64,000 nucleotides of DNA from Alphaproteobacteria bacterium (GCA_965205265.1 CBDBGH010000003.1:1-64000), one strand, 5' to 3'; shown: positions 49,557 through 59,902, counted from the stretch's first letter. A program made the numbers and translations. Notes: generated by a model not told the origin, from the letters alone.

Positions 49557-51188
49557 CTATGCGGCGCCTCCGTCCTTCTCCCGGAGCATGCGCTCGGCGA
49601 GGCGGCGGGCGTCTTCGCGGGTCTCGACGATGCGGTGTTCGGGCACGCTGTGCAGGCAGTGGAGCGAGTTCAGGGTCCGCGCGGCGGCGCCGTGGAGGCC
49701 TGCCACGATGCAGGAGGTTCCCGCCGCTTCGGCGAGGTCCACCAGCTGTTCGATGACCATGGCGGCGCTGTCGTCGATATAGGCGGCGCCGGAGAAATCG
49801 AAGATGACGATCTCATGGTCGCGGATTTCCGGCCCGATGGCGTCGGCAAGCTTGTGGGACGAGGCGACGGTGAGGCTGCCCCGGAGCGCCACCAGGCCTG
49901 CCCGGGCGGTAAAGGCGCTCTCCTCTTCCTCTCCATGCGGGCCGAGAAGCGTCCGGTCGAGCAGCGGCGTTGAGATCACGCTGTCGAGTTCGAGGCGCTC
50001 CAATTGCCGCGCATGGACCATGCCGCCTGCGATGAGTCCGATGGCCACCGCCGTGATGAGATCGACGAAGACCGTGAGCGCCAGCACCGACAGCATGACG
50101 ATCAGGTGCTCGCGCCTGAGCGCGTGTATGCGGGCGAGGAGGCGCCAGTCCACAATGTCCCAGCCGACCTTCATCAGCACGCCGGCAAGGGCGGCCAGCG
50201 GAATCGGCTCGGCGAACCGGCCGAGGCCGAGCAGCAGCGCCAGCAGGAAAACCGCGCGCAATGCGCCGGATACCGGCGTCGAGCCGCCGGAGCGGATATT
50301 GGTCACCGTCCCCATTGTGGCCCCGGCGCCGGGGAGCGCCCCGAAGAGCCCGGCCACGGCATTGCCGATGCCCTGGCCGATCAGTTCCCGGTCCGGGTTG
50401 TGGCGCGAGCCGGTCATCGAGTCGGCGATGATGGAGGTGAGCAGGCTGTCCACGGAGCCGAGCAGGGCAAGAATCAGCGCCGGCTCCACCGCGCCGAGCA
50501 GGAAGTCCGCGGACATAAGCGGCAATTGCAGCTCCGGCAGGCCGGTCGGAATCGGGCCGATGACAGGTGTGCCGTCCAGCCAGAGCAAGCCCAGCAGCGT
50601 GCCCGCGACCATCGCCGCGAGGAGCCCGGGCAGGAAGCGCGCCAGCCGGCGCGGCCAGAGGAAGGCGACCGCCAGCGTGACGGCGGCGATGGCGAAGGCG
50701 CCCGCATCGATATTGCGGACCGCGTCCGGGAGCGCCGAGACCGCGCCCATCGGGCCGCCCGGGGCGATAGGCGCGCCTAGCGCCGGCAGCAGTTGGATCA
50801 GCACGATGATGATGCCGATGCCCGACATGAAGCCCGATACCACCACATAGGGCGTGTAGGCGACGAAACGGCCGATCCGCGAGAGCCCGAGCAGGATCTG
50901 CAGCAGGCCCGCCATGACGACGACGGTGAGCGCCTCGGCAAGGCTGGTCGTGTGGCTGGTGATGACGACCGCCATGACGACCGTCATCGGCGCGGTGGGC
51001 CCGGATATCTGGGACCGGGTGCCGCCGAACACGGAGGCGAAGAAGCCGACGGCGATGGCCCCGTGCAGGCCGGCGGCGGCGCCCATGCCGGACGCGATGC
51101 CGAAGCCGAGCGCCACGGGCAGCGCCACCACGGTCGAGGTGATGCCGCCGAACAGGTCCCCCCGGAACGTATCGAGGCCGTATTTCAC
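49557..51188 (-). CDS. SulP family anion transporter with STAS domain
   Basis: GDLFGG, GGTRSQISGPT, ELIGQG.GN, STAS motif IFDFSGAAYIDDSA. Confidence 0.92.
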   Translation of the reverse strand: MKYGLDTFRGDLFGGITSTVVALPVALGFGIASGMGAAAGLHGAIAVGFFASVFGGTRSQISGPTAPMTVVMAVVITSHTTSLAEALTVVVMAGLLQILLGLSRIGRFVAYTPYVVVSGFMSGIGIIIVLIQLLPALGAPIAPGGPMGAVSALPDAVRNIDAGAFAIAAVTLAVAFLWPRRLARFLPGLLAAMVAGTLLGLLWLDGTPVIGPIPTGLPELQLPLMSADFLLGAVEPALILALLGSVDSLLTSIIADSMTGSRHNPDRELIGQGIGNAVAGLFGALPGAGATMGTVTNIRSGGSTPVSGALRAVFLLALLLGLGRFAEPIPLAALAGVLMKVGWDIVDWRLLARIHALRREHLIVMLSVLALTVFVDLITAVAIGLIAGGMVHARQLERLELDSVISTPLLDRTLLGPHGEEEESAFTARAGLVALRGSLTVASSHKLADAIGPEIRDHEIVIFDFSGAAYIDDSAAMVIEQLVDLAEAAGTSCIVAGLHGAAARTLNSLHCLHSVPEHRIVETREDARRLAERMLREKDGGAA

Positions 51189-51266
51189 GGGGGAAGGTTA
51201 CCTGCTGCCGCGCCGCCTGCAATCCGCTAATGTCTCTGGCGAAACCCAATGGAGGAGACCGATCCG

Positions 51267-51668
51267 ATGCCGGATACTACTGTTCAGGTCCGCAAGCTGG
51301 CCCACGCCACCGCCGAGTCGGCGCCGCTGGTTCCCGGGCGGCGGGACTTCTTCAAATACCGCGACCTCGGCGTCACCGAGGCGAGCCTCGGCAGCATGCG
51401 CGCCCAGACCATGACCGCGGTCCGCGGCATGACCGAGCCGACCGGCTGGCACTACCATGAGTGCGAGGGCCAGTTCGTCTATGCGCTCAAGGGCTGGGTG
51501 GACCTCGAATTCGAAACCGGCGAGACGCTGCGCATCCAGGCCGGCGAATCGCTCTTCATCCCGGGCGGGCTGAAGCACAACGAGACGGCGACCTCGGACG
51601 ACCTCGAAATCCTGGAGCTGTCCATTCCGGCGGAGATGGGCACCGTCTCCTGCGACCCGCCCGCCTGA
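51267..51668 (+). CDS. Cupin domain protein
   Basis: YRDLGV, TGWHYH, FVYALKGW, IPGGLKHNE; GGAGG RBS. Confidence 0.85.
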   Translation: MPDTTVQVRKLAHATAESAPLVPGRRDFFKYRDLGVTEASLGSMRAQTMTAVRGMTEPTGWHYHECEGQFVYALKGWVDLEFETGETLRIQAGESLFIPGGLKHNETATSDDLEILELSIPAEMGTVSCDPPA

Positions 51669-51716
51669 CGCGGCGGGCGGCGCCGGCCCGGCGTCCGGCA
51701 GCCCGGTCCCCAAGTC

Positions 51717-52119
51717 GTCATGCCCGGACTTGTTCCGGGCATCTCCCTCCACCGCTTCTCCCGGAGCGGCCGCATGGATGCCCGGATCAAGTCCATTGCT
51801 GTCCGGTTTAGATTTTGTGGACAGGGCGCATGGTTTGGATTCGACCGGGTTTCGAGGGGTTCGGCGGGATCGGGACTCGGATCGACGCCCGGCGGCCTAG
51901 CCCTGTTCTCGTCATGCCCGGACTTGTTCCGGGTATCCATACGGCCGCCCGGCGGAGCCGCTTGAGAGAGATACCCGGAACAAGTCCGGGTATGACGAAA
52001 GGGGGGGCGTTCGGGCATGACGGACAGGAGGCCGACCGGGGACGCCGCCGCCTCCGAACCCCTGCTCGGCTTCGCTCAATGGCTGAACCGGACAGCCGTG
52101 GAACAAGTCCGGGCATGAC
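51717..52119. repeat. REP family 1 doublet with its right arm split by a MITE; second doublet nested at 51911-51996
   Basis: GTCATGCCCGGACTTGTTCCGGGCATC at 51717; right arm GATGCCCG-GATCAAGTC | insert | GAACAAGTC-CGGGCATGAC. Confidence 0.85.
51794..52100. mobile_element. 307-bp MITE with IS4-like ends inserted in a REP hairpin
   Basis: TIRs CATTGCTGTCCGGTT / CACGGCTGTCCGGTT; 9-bp TSD GATCAAGTC / GAACAAGTC (8 of 9 match). Confidence 0.75.
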
Positions 52120-52249
52120 GGGAAGAGGGTGCGTTTTCTCTCCACCGGCTGCGGCGGCGTTGTGAGTCATGGATGGACCCCGGCTTCCCTGCTCGGGGTC
52201 GGGGTGACGATTTCGGGCTCGGGCCGAAATACGGTTCTTTCACAACGGC

Positions 52250-53353
52250 TCAGGCGCGCAGGCGGGCGATCCGGTCTTCCGGCATCCGGCCCCTGTTCTT
52301 CTCTGCGAGGAGGGGCCGGACCAGTTCCGCAAAGCCGGTCGCGGCGGCGGCGTGCGGAAAGCCGGACAGGCAGAAGGAATGGCACCCCGCGTCGATGAAG
52401 GCCTGGAGCTGGTCGGCGCACTGTCGGGGATTGCCGACGACGGCGATGCCGGCCCCGGCCCGGACCCTGGTGATGCCGGTCCAGAGGTTCGGCCCGATCA
52501 TTTCGCCATGTTCGCGCGCCAGTTCCTGCACGCGCCGGTTCGCCGCCGAGTTGAACGTGTTGTCGATGATTTCCCGGCGGTTGGCGTCGGTGCCGTGCGA
52601 GACCAGCCTGCGGGCCGCTGCCCAGGCCTCGTCTTCCGATTCGCGGCACATGATCTGCAGGCGCATGCCGAAGCCGATCTCGTCCCCGCGCCCGAATTGC
52701 GCGGCGCGCCGGCGGATATCGACGATGTTTTCGGCGATCCGCTCCGGCGTGTCGCCCCAGAACAGGTGAACGTCCGAGTGCCGGGCGGACATATCGGCGG
52801 CCTCGGGCGACCCGCCGCCGAGATAGAAGGGGGGATGGGGTTTCTGGTAAATCTCCGGAACGATCGAGCATTTCTTCAGGGTGTGGAAGCGGCCATCGAA
52901 GTCGATGGGCCCCGCCGCCGCCCAGAGCCGCTTCATGATGGCGACTTCTTCGCCCATCAGGGCGTAGCGTTCTTCCTTGCTGTAGCGGATGCCGTCGGCC
53001 TCGAAGTCCGCTTCCGCCTGCCCCGCTATCAGGTTTATCGCGAGGCGCCCGCCGGTCATCCGGTCGAAGGTCGCCAGCATCTTGGCCTGGAGAACCGGAT
53101 TGACATAGCCGGGCTTGGCCGCGATCAGCGGTTTGATCGTCTTCGTCTTGCCGGCGAGGAAGGCGGCGATGACATAGGCTTCCCAGCAGATGTTGACGAC
53201 CGGGATCAGGATGTATTCGAACCCCGCGTCCTCCGCGGCCAGAACGATCCGCTCCATCATTTCCGGCGACGGCGCGATCTCGGACTCCGGGTCGTGGAAG
53301 GCTGTCGTGTCGCCGTTCGTCGGCAGATACCAGCCGAATTCAAGCTGCCGCAT
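52250..53353 (-). CDS. LLM-class FMNH2-dependent monooxygenase (SsuD-like)
   Basis: FGWYLPTNGD, GGRLAINL, YLGGGS, LFWG, NLWTG, FCLSGFPH. Confidence 0.85.
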   Translation of the reverse strand: MRQLEFGWYLPTNGDTTAFHDPESEIAPSPEMMERIVLAAEDAGFEYILIPVVNICWEAYVIAAFLAGKTKTIKPLIAAKPGYVNPVLQAKMLATFDRMTGGRLAINLIAGQAEADFEADGIRYSKEERYALMGEEVAIMKRLWAAAGPIDFDGRFHTLKKCSIVPEIYQKPHPPFYLGGGSPEAADMSARHSDVHLFWGDTPERIAENIVDIRRRAAQFGRGDEIGFGMRLQIMCRESEDEAWAAARRLVSHGTDANRREIIDNTFNSAANRRVQELAREHGEMIGPNLWTGITRVRAGAGIAVVGNPRQCADQLQAFIDAGCHSFCLSGFPHAAAATGFAELVRPLLAEKNRGRMPEDRIARLRA

Positions 53354-53402
53354 AAGCCTGCCTCCTCTTCTCCGGCGCCGCGCCCCAGCGGGAGTTCCCG
53401 GC

Positions 53403-54850
53403 CTAGCGCGCGGCGATCGGGCGCTCGCGGCGGAGCGCCCTGCCCGGACGGGCGCCGGTGGGACCACCGTCCGCCCAGACCGCTTCTCCGGCTACCAATA
53501 CCATGCGGATACCGTCCGCCGGAGTCATCGGGTTCTCGAAGGTCGCCCGGTCGATCACGGTCTCGGGGTCGAACAGGCAGAGGTCCGCCACCGCGCCCGG
53601 CTCCACGACGCCGCGCCCGTCAAGCCCGAACCGGTCCGCCGGCAGGCCCGTCATGCGGCGCACGGCCTCTTCCAGCGGCATCAGGCCGAGCTCGCGGCTG
53701 TAGTGGCCCAGCACGCGCGGGAAGGTGCCCCAAAGGCGGGGATGCGGGCGCGGGTCGTGGGGAATGCCGTCCGAGCCGATCATGGCGCGCGGGAAGCGAA
53801 GCACGCGCTGCACATCGTCCTCCGACATGGCGAAATAGATCGCCCCGGCCGGCAACAGCCGGAGCGCCATCTCCTCGTCCGTGACGCCGTGCTCGGCGGC
53901 GATGTCGGAGAGGTCGCGGCCCGCCGCCTCGGGGTAGGGCTCCGACCAGGTAATCAGCACGCGGCTGGAATCCGCCAGGCGGTCGGGCAGCAGCACGGTC
54001 GAGCTCATGGCGTAGGGATAGACGTCGAGCGACACCTGCTGCGCCGCCGCGGCGGCCTCGACCATCGGCAGGAGCGGGCGGTCTTGCCGTGATGGGCGGC
54101 GCCGGACGCCTTGTGGTGCGAGAGCACGACGGCGACGCCCGCGCGCCGGCCGATCTCCAGCGATTCCTCGACCGACTCTTCTAGGAAGGCGCCTTCGTCG
54201 CGCATGTGGGTAGCGTAGAGGCCGCCATAGGGCGCCGCCGCCTCGGTCAGCGCCACCACCTCGTCGGTCGGCGCGGCTCTCGAAGGCGGGTAGAAGAGCC
54301 CCGTGGAGAACCCGACGGCGCCCGCCTGCATGGCCTGCTCGACGCCGGCGCGCATGGCCGCGGTCTCGGCGTCGTTCGCGGGCCGGCCGAGGTCCTCCAC
54401 ATGCTGGACGCGCAGGGTCTGGTGGCCGACCAGGAAGAGCCCGTTGACCACCGGCGGCCGGGCGTCCAGCGCCTCCAGATAGGAGGAGAATGTGGGGAAG
54501 CGGTAGTCGCTCTCGCCGCCCAGCAGGTCCATCGGCGGCGGCGGGCGGCCGTCCGGCCTGAAGGGGGCCAGCGAAATGCCGCAATTGCCGGCGACCACGG
54601 TGGTCACGCCCTGGCTCGCCTTGGCGGCCATGTCGCCGTCGAGGAGCGCGCGGTCGTCATGCGTGTGCACGTCGATGAAGCCCGGCGCGACGACGAGGCC
54701 GCGCGCGTCGATCTCCCGTTCGCCGGTTGCGTCGCCGAGCGCGCCGACCTCCGTTATGCGTCCGCTGTCCACGGCGACATCGGCCCTGCAGCCCGGCGAA
54801 CCCGTGCCGTCCATGACGGTTCCGCCCCGGATTACCAGATCGTGGCGCAT
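53403..54850 (-). pseudogene. N-acyl-D-amino acid deacylase (D-aminoacylase), 1-bp frameshift near 54071
   Basis: PGFIDVHTH, GNCG, THMRDE, SHHK in one frame; DVYPY, IGSDG, HPRLWGTFPR in another; adding one C at TCC(C)TG joins them. Confidence 0.85.
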
Positions 54851-54927
54851 GTCCGTTCCTCCTCCCGCCCGTCGCTGGCGCCCTCTCTACCATGCGCGTA
54901 AGGTCGCCGGAAAATCTGGGGGCGTTC

Positions 54928-55806
54928 ATGGGCACACGCGCGATCGGCGAGGTCGCCATTCACCGGGTCGAGGAAAACGCGGGTCCTTCCTTCCTGCCGG
55001 GCCAGCTCTATCCGGACTGGACGCCGGACCATCTGGAGAAGCACCGGGACTGGATGGTGCCGCGCGCCTTCCATGAGCGCAGCGGCAGGCTGATGATGAG
55101 CCTGCACAGCTGGCTCCTGCGCACGCCGCGCCACACGATCCTGGTCGATACATGCGTCGGCAACCGCAAGACCCGCTCGCGCAAGATGTGGGACAATCTC
55201 GACACGCCCTGGCTCGACCGGCTGAAGGCGGCCGGCGTGGCCCCGGAGGAGGTGGATTTCGTCCTCTGCACCCATCTGCACACCGACCATGTGGGCTGGA
55301 ACACCAGGCTGGAGGACGGGCGCTGGGTGCCGACCTTCCCGAATGCGAAATACCTGATCGGCAAGATCGACTACCAGTACCGCACGCAGCGGCTGGAGCT
55401 CTATCCGGACGAGGAGCCGATGGACGGCGCGTTTGCCGACAGCGTGCTGCCCGTGGTGGAGGCGGGGCAGGCGGTCATGGTCGAGGACGGCTACCGGATC
55501 GACGAGGCGATGACGGTCGAGGCCGCGCCCGGCCACACGCCCGGCCACGTCACCATGGCGCTCGAGTCCGGCGGCGAGGAGGCGCTGTTCGTCGGCGACA
55601 TCATGCACCACCCGATCCAGGTGTACGAGCCGCACTGGAACTCGTCCTTCTGCGAGTGGCCGGAGCATGCGGCGGTCACGCGAAGGCGGGTGCTGGAGCG
55701 GGTCGCGGATACGCCGGCGCTGCTGATGCCGGCGCATTTCCCGGACCCGTCCTGCGGCCATGTGCTGAGCGCGGGCGACAGCTTCCGGTTCCGCTTCGCC
55801 GACTGA
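54928..55806 (+). CDS. MBL-fold metallo-hydrolase
   Basis: THLHTDHVGWN, PGHTPGH, GDIMH, AHF. Confidence 0.9.
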   Translation: MGTRAIGEVAIHRVEENAGPSFLPGQLYPDWTPDHLEKHRDWMVPRAFHERSGRLMMSLHSWLLRTPRHTILVDTCVGNRKTRSRKMWDNLDTPWLDRLKAAGVAPEEVDFVLCTHLHTDHVGWNTRLEDGRWVPTFPNAKYLIGKIDYQYRTQRLELYPDEEPMDGAFADSVLPVVEAGQAVMVEDGYRIDEAMTVEAAPGHTPGHVTMALESGGEEALFVGDIMHHPIQVYEPHWNSSFCEWPEHAAVTRRRVLERVADTPALLMPAHFPDPSCGHVLSAGDSFRFRFAD

Positions 55807-55828
55807 GCCCCGGCCGGCCCTTCCCGCG

Positions 55829-57046
55829 ATGCCCGCCCCGCCGAACGCCGGCCGTTATCCCTGGGTCGTCTGCTTCACGTCGCTGCTGCTGGTCTTCTTC
55901 GGCCAGGGCGCGATGTTCGTGCTGAATGTGGAGCTGAAGCCCATTGCCGAGGACATGGGCTGGCCGCGCGAACTGCCCTCGCTCGGCTATACCGCGGCCT
56001 TCTTCGGCGCCGGCGTGGGCGCGCTCTATTTCGGTCCGCTCTCGGAACGCCTCGGCATGGGCAATGTCGCGCTGATCGGCGCGCTTTCGATAGGGTCCGG
56101 CACCTTCCTCGCCGGCTATGTCGAGACGCCGGGCCAGTTGCTGTTGATCTTCGGCGTGCTGATCGGCCTGCTCGGCAATGCCTGCATGTTCGCGCCGCTG
56201 ATGGCCCATGTGATGCGCTGGTTCGACCGCAACCGGGGCCTCGCGCTCGGCATCGCCACCGCCGGGCAGAGCGTCGGCGGCGCCATCTGGCCCTCGATCA
56301 TCACCTGGCTCGACGGGACGGTCGGCTGGCGCGACACCTTCCACATATACGGTCTCCTCTGCTTCGGAATCATGGTGCCGTTGACGATGGTCCTGCGCCG
56401 CCCGGCGCCGCCGGTGACAACGGCGGGGGCCCGGGAGGCGGGGCCGGACGGGCGCGCCTTCGGCCTGCCGGGCGGGGTCGCGACGGCGGTGCTGTGCGCC
56501 GCGATCGTCGGCTGCTGCATACCGATGTCGGTTCCGCTGGTGCATCTCAAGGCCTACGGCACGGACCTCGGCCTCGCGCCGCAGGCGGCCGCGGCAGCGC
56601 TCTCGATGGCGCTCTTCGCCAGCCTTTTCTCGCGCATTCTCGGCGGCGCGCTGGCGGACCGCATCGGCGGGCTGAAGACGCTGCTGATCGGCTCGGCCAT
56701 CCAGTGCGCGATGCTGGCCGTCATCTCGCAGGCGCGCGAAATGTGGTCGCTCTACGCCGCCTGCATCGCCTTCGGCCTCGGCTATGGCGGCATCATCGGC
56801 ATGTACGCCTATATCGTGCGCGAGTATTTTCCCCCGGCCGGCGCGACCCGGCGCATCGCCTGGATCTTCCTGTTCGGCACCATCGGCATGGCGGCCGGCG
56901 GCTGGTTCGGCGGCCGCCTGTTCGACGCCACGGGCAGCTACGAGGCCGCCTTCCTGCTGGCCGCGGCGGTGAACGCGGTGCAGCTCGTCATCGTCGCGGC
57001 CCTCCTCATCCGCGCCCGCCCCGCCGCAAGGCTGGCGGCAGCCTAA
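55829..57046 (+). CDS. MFS transporter
   Basis: About 12 TM segments, WFDRNRGLALG, GALADRIG. Confidence 0.9.
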   Translation: MPAPPNAGRYPWVVCFTSLLLVFFGQGAMFVLNVELKPIAEDMGWPRELPSLGYTAAFFGAGVGALYFGPLSERLGMGNVALIGALSIGSGTFLAGYVETPGQLLLIFGVLIGLLGNACMFAPLMAHVMRWFDRNRGLALGIATAGQSVGGAIWPSIITWLDGTVGWRDTFHIYGLLCFGIMVPLTMVLRRPAPPVTTAGAREAGPDGRAFGLPGGVATAVLCAAIVGCCIPMSVPLVHLKAYGTDLGLAPQAAAAALSMALFASLFSRILGGALADRIGGLKTLLIGSAIQCAMLAVISQAREMWSLYAACIAFGLGYGGIIGMYAYIVREYFPPAGATRRIAWIFLFGTIGMAAGGWFGGRLFDATGSYEAAFLLAAAVNAVQLVIVAALLIRARPAARLAAA

Positions 57047-57163
57047 AGGTGCTTCTGAGGGCTGGCCCTCGAAGTGAAATGGGGACTACCATGGCTCCGC
57101 CCGGTCCGGGCCGTCTTCGAGGCGCCGGCCCGGATGCGCGGTTGCTGAAGAGGAGGAAACGGA

Positions 57164-57583
57164 ATGGCGAGCGTCACCATCAACGGTGAAGCCCGGACCC
57201 TGGACGGACCGGACGACACCGTCCTGTTGTGGGCCCTGCGCGACATGGCGGGCCTCTGCGGCGCCTGCACGGTGCATGTCGACGGCAAGGCCGAGAAGTC
57301 CTGTATGGTGACCGTGGGCGACGTGGCCGGCAAGTCGGTCACCACCATCGAGGGCCTCTCCGCCGACGGCAGCCATCCGGTCCAGGTCGCATGGCGCGAG
57401 CTGCATGTGCCGCAATGCGGCTTCTGCCAGACCGGGCAGATCATGCAGGCCGCGAGCCTGCTGGCCGAGAACCCGAAGCCGACCGACCGGGAAATCCTCG
57501 ACGGCATGGCCGACAATATCTGCCGCTGCGGCTGCTATGAGCGCATCGTCTCCGCGGTGCGGCTCGCATCCACGGGAGTCTAG
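57164..57583 (+). CDS. IorA-like 2Fe-2S subunit with an in-frame deletion of the first Cys loop
   Basis: LLWALRD directly followed by MAGLCGACT (TGTKxGCG absent); QCGFCQ and CRC intact. Confidence 0.8.
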   Translation: MASVTINGEARTLDGPDDTVLLWALRDMAGLCGACTVHVDGKAEKSCMVTVGDVAGKSVTTIEGLSADGSHPVQVAWRELHVPQCGFCQTGQIMQAASLLAENPKPTDREILDGMADNICRCGCYERIVSAVRLASTGV

Positions 57584-57586
57584 GCC

Positions 57587-59902
57587 ATGCTGCACATGAT
57601 GGAACAAGCGATCCTGGGCGCGCCCGTCCGCGACGCGGCGAAGCTCGCCTTCGCCAATGTCTCCCGCCGGCGCTTCCTGCAGGGCTCGGCGGCCGGTTTC
57701 GCCGTCGCCGCCTTCGCCAGCACCGCCGAGGGCTTCGCGCGCTACAAGACCGGCGGCGACTTCATGCCGAACGGCTTGCGCTACGACCCGCACATCTTCG
57801 TCTCCATCGACCCCGACGGCACGGTGACCATCGTCGCCCACCGCTCGGAGATGGGCACCGGCTCGCGCACCTCGCTGCCGATGGTGCTCGCCGACGAGAT
57901 GGGCGCCGACTGGGGGATGGTGAAGATCGTCCAGGCGGAAGGCGACGAGGAGAAATACGGCAACCAGGACACGGACGGGTCGCGCTCCATGCGCCACCAC
58001 ATCCAGTCCATGCGCCAGATGGGCGCCTCCGTCCGCCATATGCTCGCCAATGCCGCAGCCGAGAAATGGGGCGTGGACGCCGCTTCGGTGAAGGTCGGCG
58101 TGCATGAGGTCGCGGGCGGCGGCAACAGGGCCGGCTTCGGCGAGCTCGCCGAGGCGGCGATGAAGCAGCCCGTGCCGGAGTTCGAGGCGCTCTCCTTCAG
58201 GGACGAGTCCGAGTTCCGCTATATCGGCAAGGGCAGGATCGGCATCTACGACCTGCACGACATCACCACCGGCAAGGCCGTTTACGGCGCCGACGTGATG
58301 CTGCCGGGCATGAAGGTGGCGGCCGTCGCCCGCCCGCCCGTGGTCGGCGCCGAGGCGAAGAGCTATGACGCAAGCGCGGCCATGGCCGTGCCGGGCGTCG
58401 AGCATGTGGTGCCGCTGCCGGCCTCGATCATGCCGGCGAAGTTCGCTCCGCTCGGCGGCGTCGCCGTCGTGGCCTCCAACACCGATGCGGCGATCAAGGG
58501 CCGCGATGCGCTGGAGATCCAGTGGGGCGACAGCCCGCATGGCGGCTACACCTCCGAATCCTACCTGGAGGAGATGCGGGCGACGGCGAAGCAGCCGGGC
58601 AAGGTGCTCCGCGCGGAGGGCGATGCGGCGGCGGCCTTTGCGGGCGCGGCGAAGACCTTCGGGCAGGAATACAGCCAGGCGCATATGGCGCATGCGATGA
58701 TGGAGCCGCCGACGGCGGTCGCCAGCGTTGCGGACGGCAAGTGCGAGGTCTGGGCGCCGGTGCAGTCCCCCTTCGGCGCGCGCGGCGATGTCGCGGCGGC
58801 GCTGGAGATGGATGTCGCCGACGTGCGCGTGAACGTCACCCTGCTCGGCGGCGGGTTCGGGCGGAAGTCCAAATGCGACTTCGTGATCGAGGCCGCGCTG
58901 CTCAGCAAGAAGCTGGGCATGCCGGTCAAGGTGCAGTGGACGCGCGAGGACGATATCCGGCACAGCTTCTACCACACCGCCTCGGTGGAGCGGATCGAGG
59001 TTGCGCTGGACGCCGCGGGCAAGGTGACGGGCTGGCGCCACAACTCGGTGGCGCCGTCGATCCTGTCCACCTTCGCGCCGGACAGCGGGCACCAGTTCTT
59101 CATCGAGAGCGGGATGGGGCATGTCGATATCCCCTTCGAGATCCCGAACCTCTCGGTCGAGAACGGCCCGGCGATGGCGCACACCCGCATCGGCTGGTTC
59201 CGTTCGGTCTCGAACATCCCGCGCGCCTGGGCGGTGCAGTCCTTCGCCTCCGAGCTCGCGGCCGAACTCGGCCGGGACGACCTCGAGGTGATGCTGGAGC
59301 TGATCGGTTCCGACCGGAAGCTCGACCCGCCGAAACAGGGCTTCCCGGAGGACTTCTGGGACTATGGCGAGGTGTATGACGAGTATCCGATCGACACCAT
59401 GCGCCTGAAGAACGTCCTCAGGCTGGCCGCCGAGAAGGGCGGCTGGGGCCGGGAGATGCCGGCGGGCGAGGGCCTCGGCCTTGCGGTGCACCGGTCCTTC
59501 GTCACCTATGTGGCGGCCTGCGCCCGTGTGAAGATCGTGGACGGCAGGATCACCGTTCCGGAGATCCACATGGCGCTGGACTGCGGCTTCGCGGCCAATC
59601 CGGAGCGTATCCGGAGCCAGATGGAAGGCTCGGCCGTGCAGGGCATGACCATCGCCCTCTACAGCGGCGTCACCTTCGAGAACGGCGCGGCCGTGCAGTC
59701 GAACTACCACGACTACCGGATGGTGCGTTCGGACAACTTCCCGGAGAAGGTGCACACCCACATCGTGCCGCATCCCTTCTCGGTCCATGCCTCGGGCGTG
59801 GGCGAGCCGGGCGTGCCGCCGGTGGCGCCGGCGATCGGCAATGCCCTCTTCCATGCGACAGGCAAGCGCATGCGCGACCTGCCCATGGGCGACACCGTCT
59901 GA
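57587..59902 (+). CDS. Isoquinoline 1-oxidoreductase beta (IorB)-like molybdopterin subunit, Tat-exported
   Basis: SRRRFLQ Tat motif, RSEMGTG, GGGFGRK, WTREDD, WFRSV, GVGEPG. Confidence 0.88.
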   Translation: MLHMMEQAILGAPVRDAAKLAFANVSRRRFLQGSAAGFAVAAFASTAEGFARYKTGGDFMPNGLRYDPHIFVSIDPDGTVTIVAHRSEMGTGSRTSLPMVLADEMGADWGMVKIVQAEGDEEKYGNQDTDGSRSMRHHIQSMRQMGASVRHMLANAAAEKWGVDAASVKVGVHEVAGGGNRAGFGELAEAAMKQPVPEFEALSFRDESEFRYIGKGRIGIYDLHDITTGKAVYGADVMLPGMKVAAVARPPVVGAEAKSYDASAAMAVPGVEHVVPLPASIMPAKFAPLGGVAVVASNTDAAIKGRDALEIQWGDSPHGGYTSESYLEEMRATAKQPGKVLRAEGDAAAAFAGAAKTFGQEYSQAHMAHAMMEPPTAVASVADGKCEVWAPVQSPFGARGDVAAALEMDVADVRVNVTLLGGGFGRKSKCDFVIEAALLSKKLGMPVKVQWTREDDIRHSFYHTASVERIEVALDAAGKVTGWRHNSVAPSILSTFAPDSGHQFFIESGMGHVDIPFEIPNLSVENGPAMAHTRIGWFRSVSNIPRAWAVQSFASELAAELGRDDLEVMLELIGSDRKLDPPKQGFPEDFWDYGEVYDEYPIDTMRLKNVLRLAAEKGGWGREMPAGEGLGLAVHRSFVTYVAACARVKIVDGRITVPEIHMALDCGFAANPERIRSQMEGSAVQGMTIALYSGVTFENGAAVQSNYHDYRMVRSDNFPEKVHTHIVPHPFSVHASGVGEPGVPPVAPAIGNALFHATGKRMRDLPMGDTV

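Noticed and set aside
51794-52100. IS110/IS1111 (bridge-RNA) derivation of this insert
   Set aside because: The IRs are terminal and flanked by a 9-bp duplication, which fits a DDE element better.
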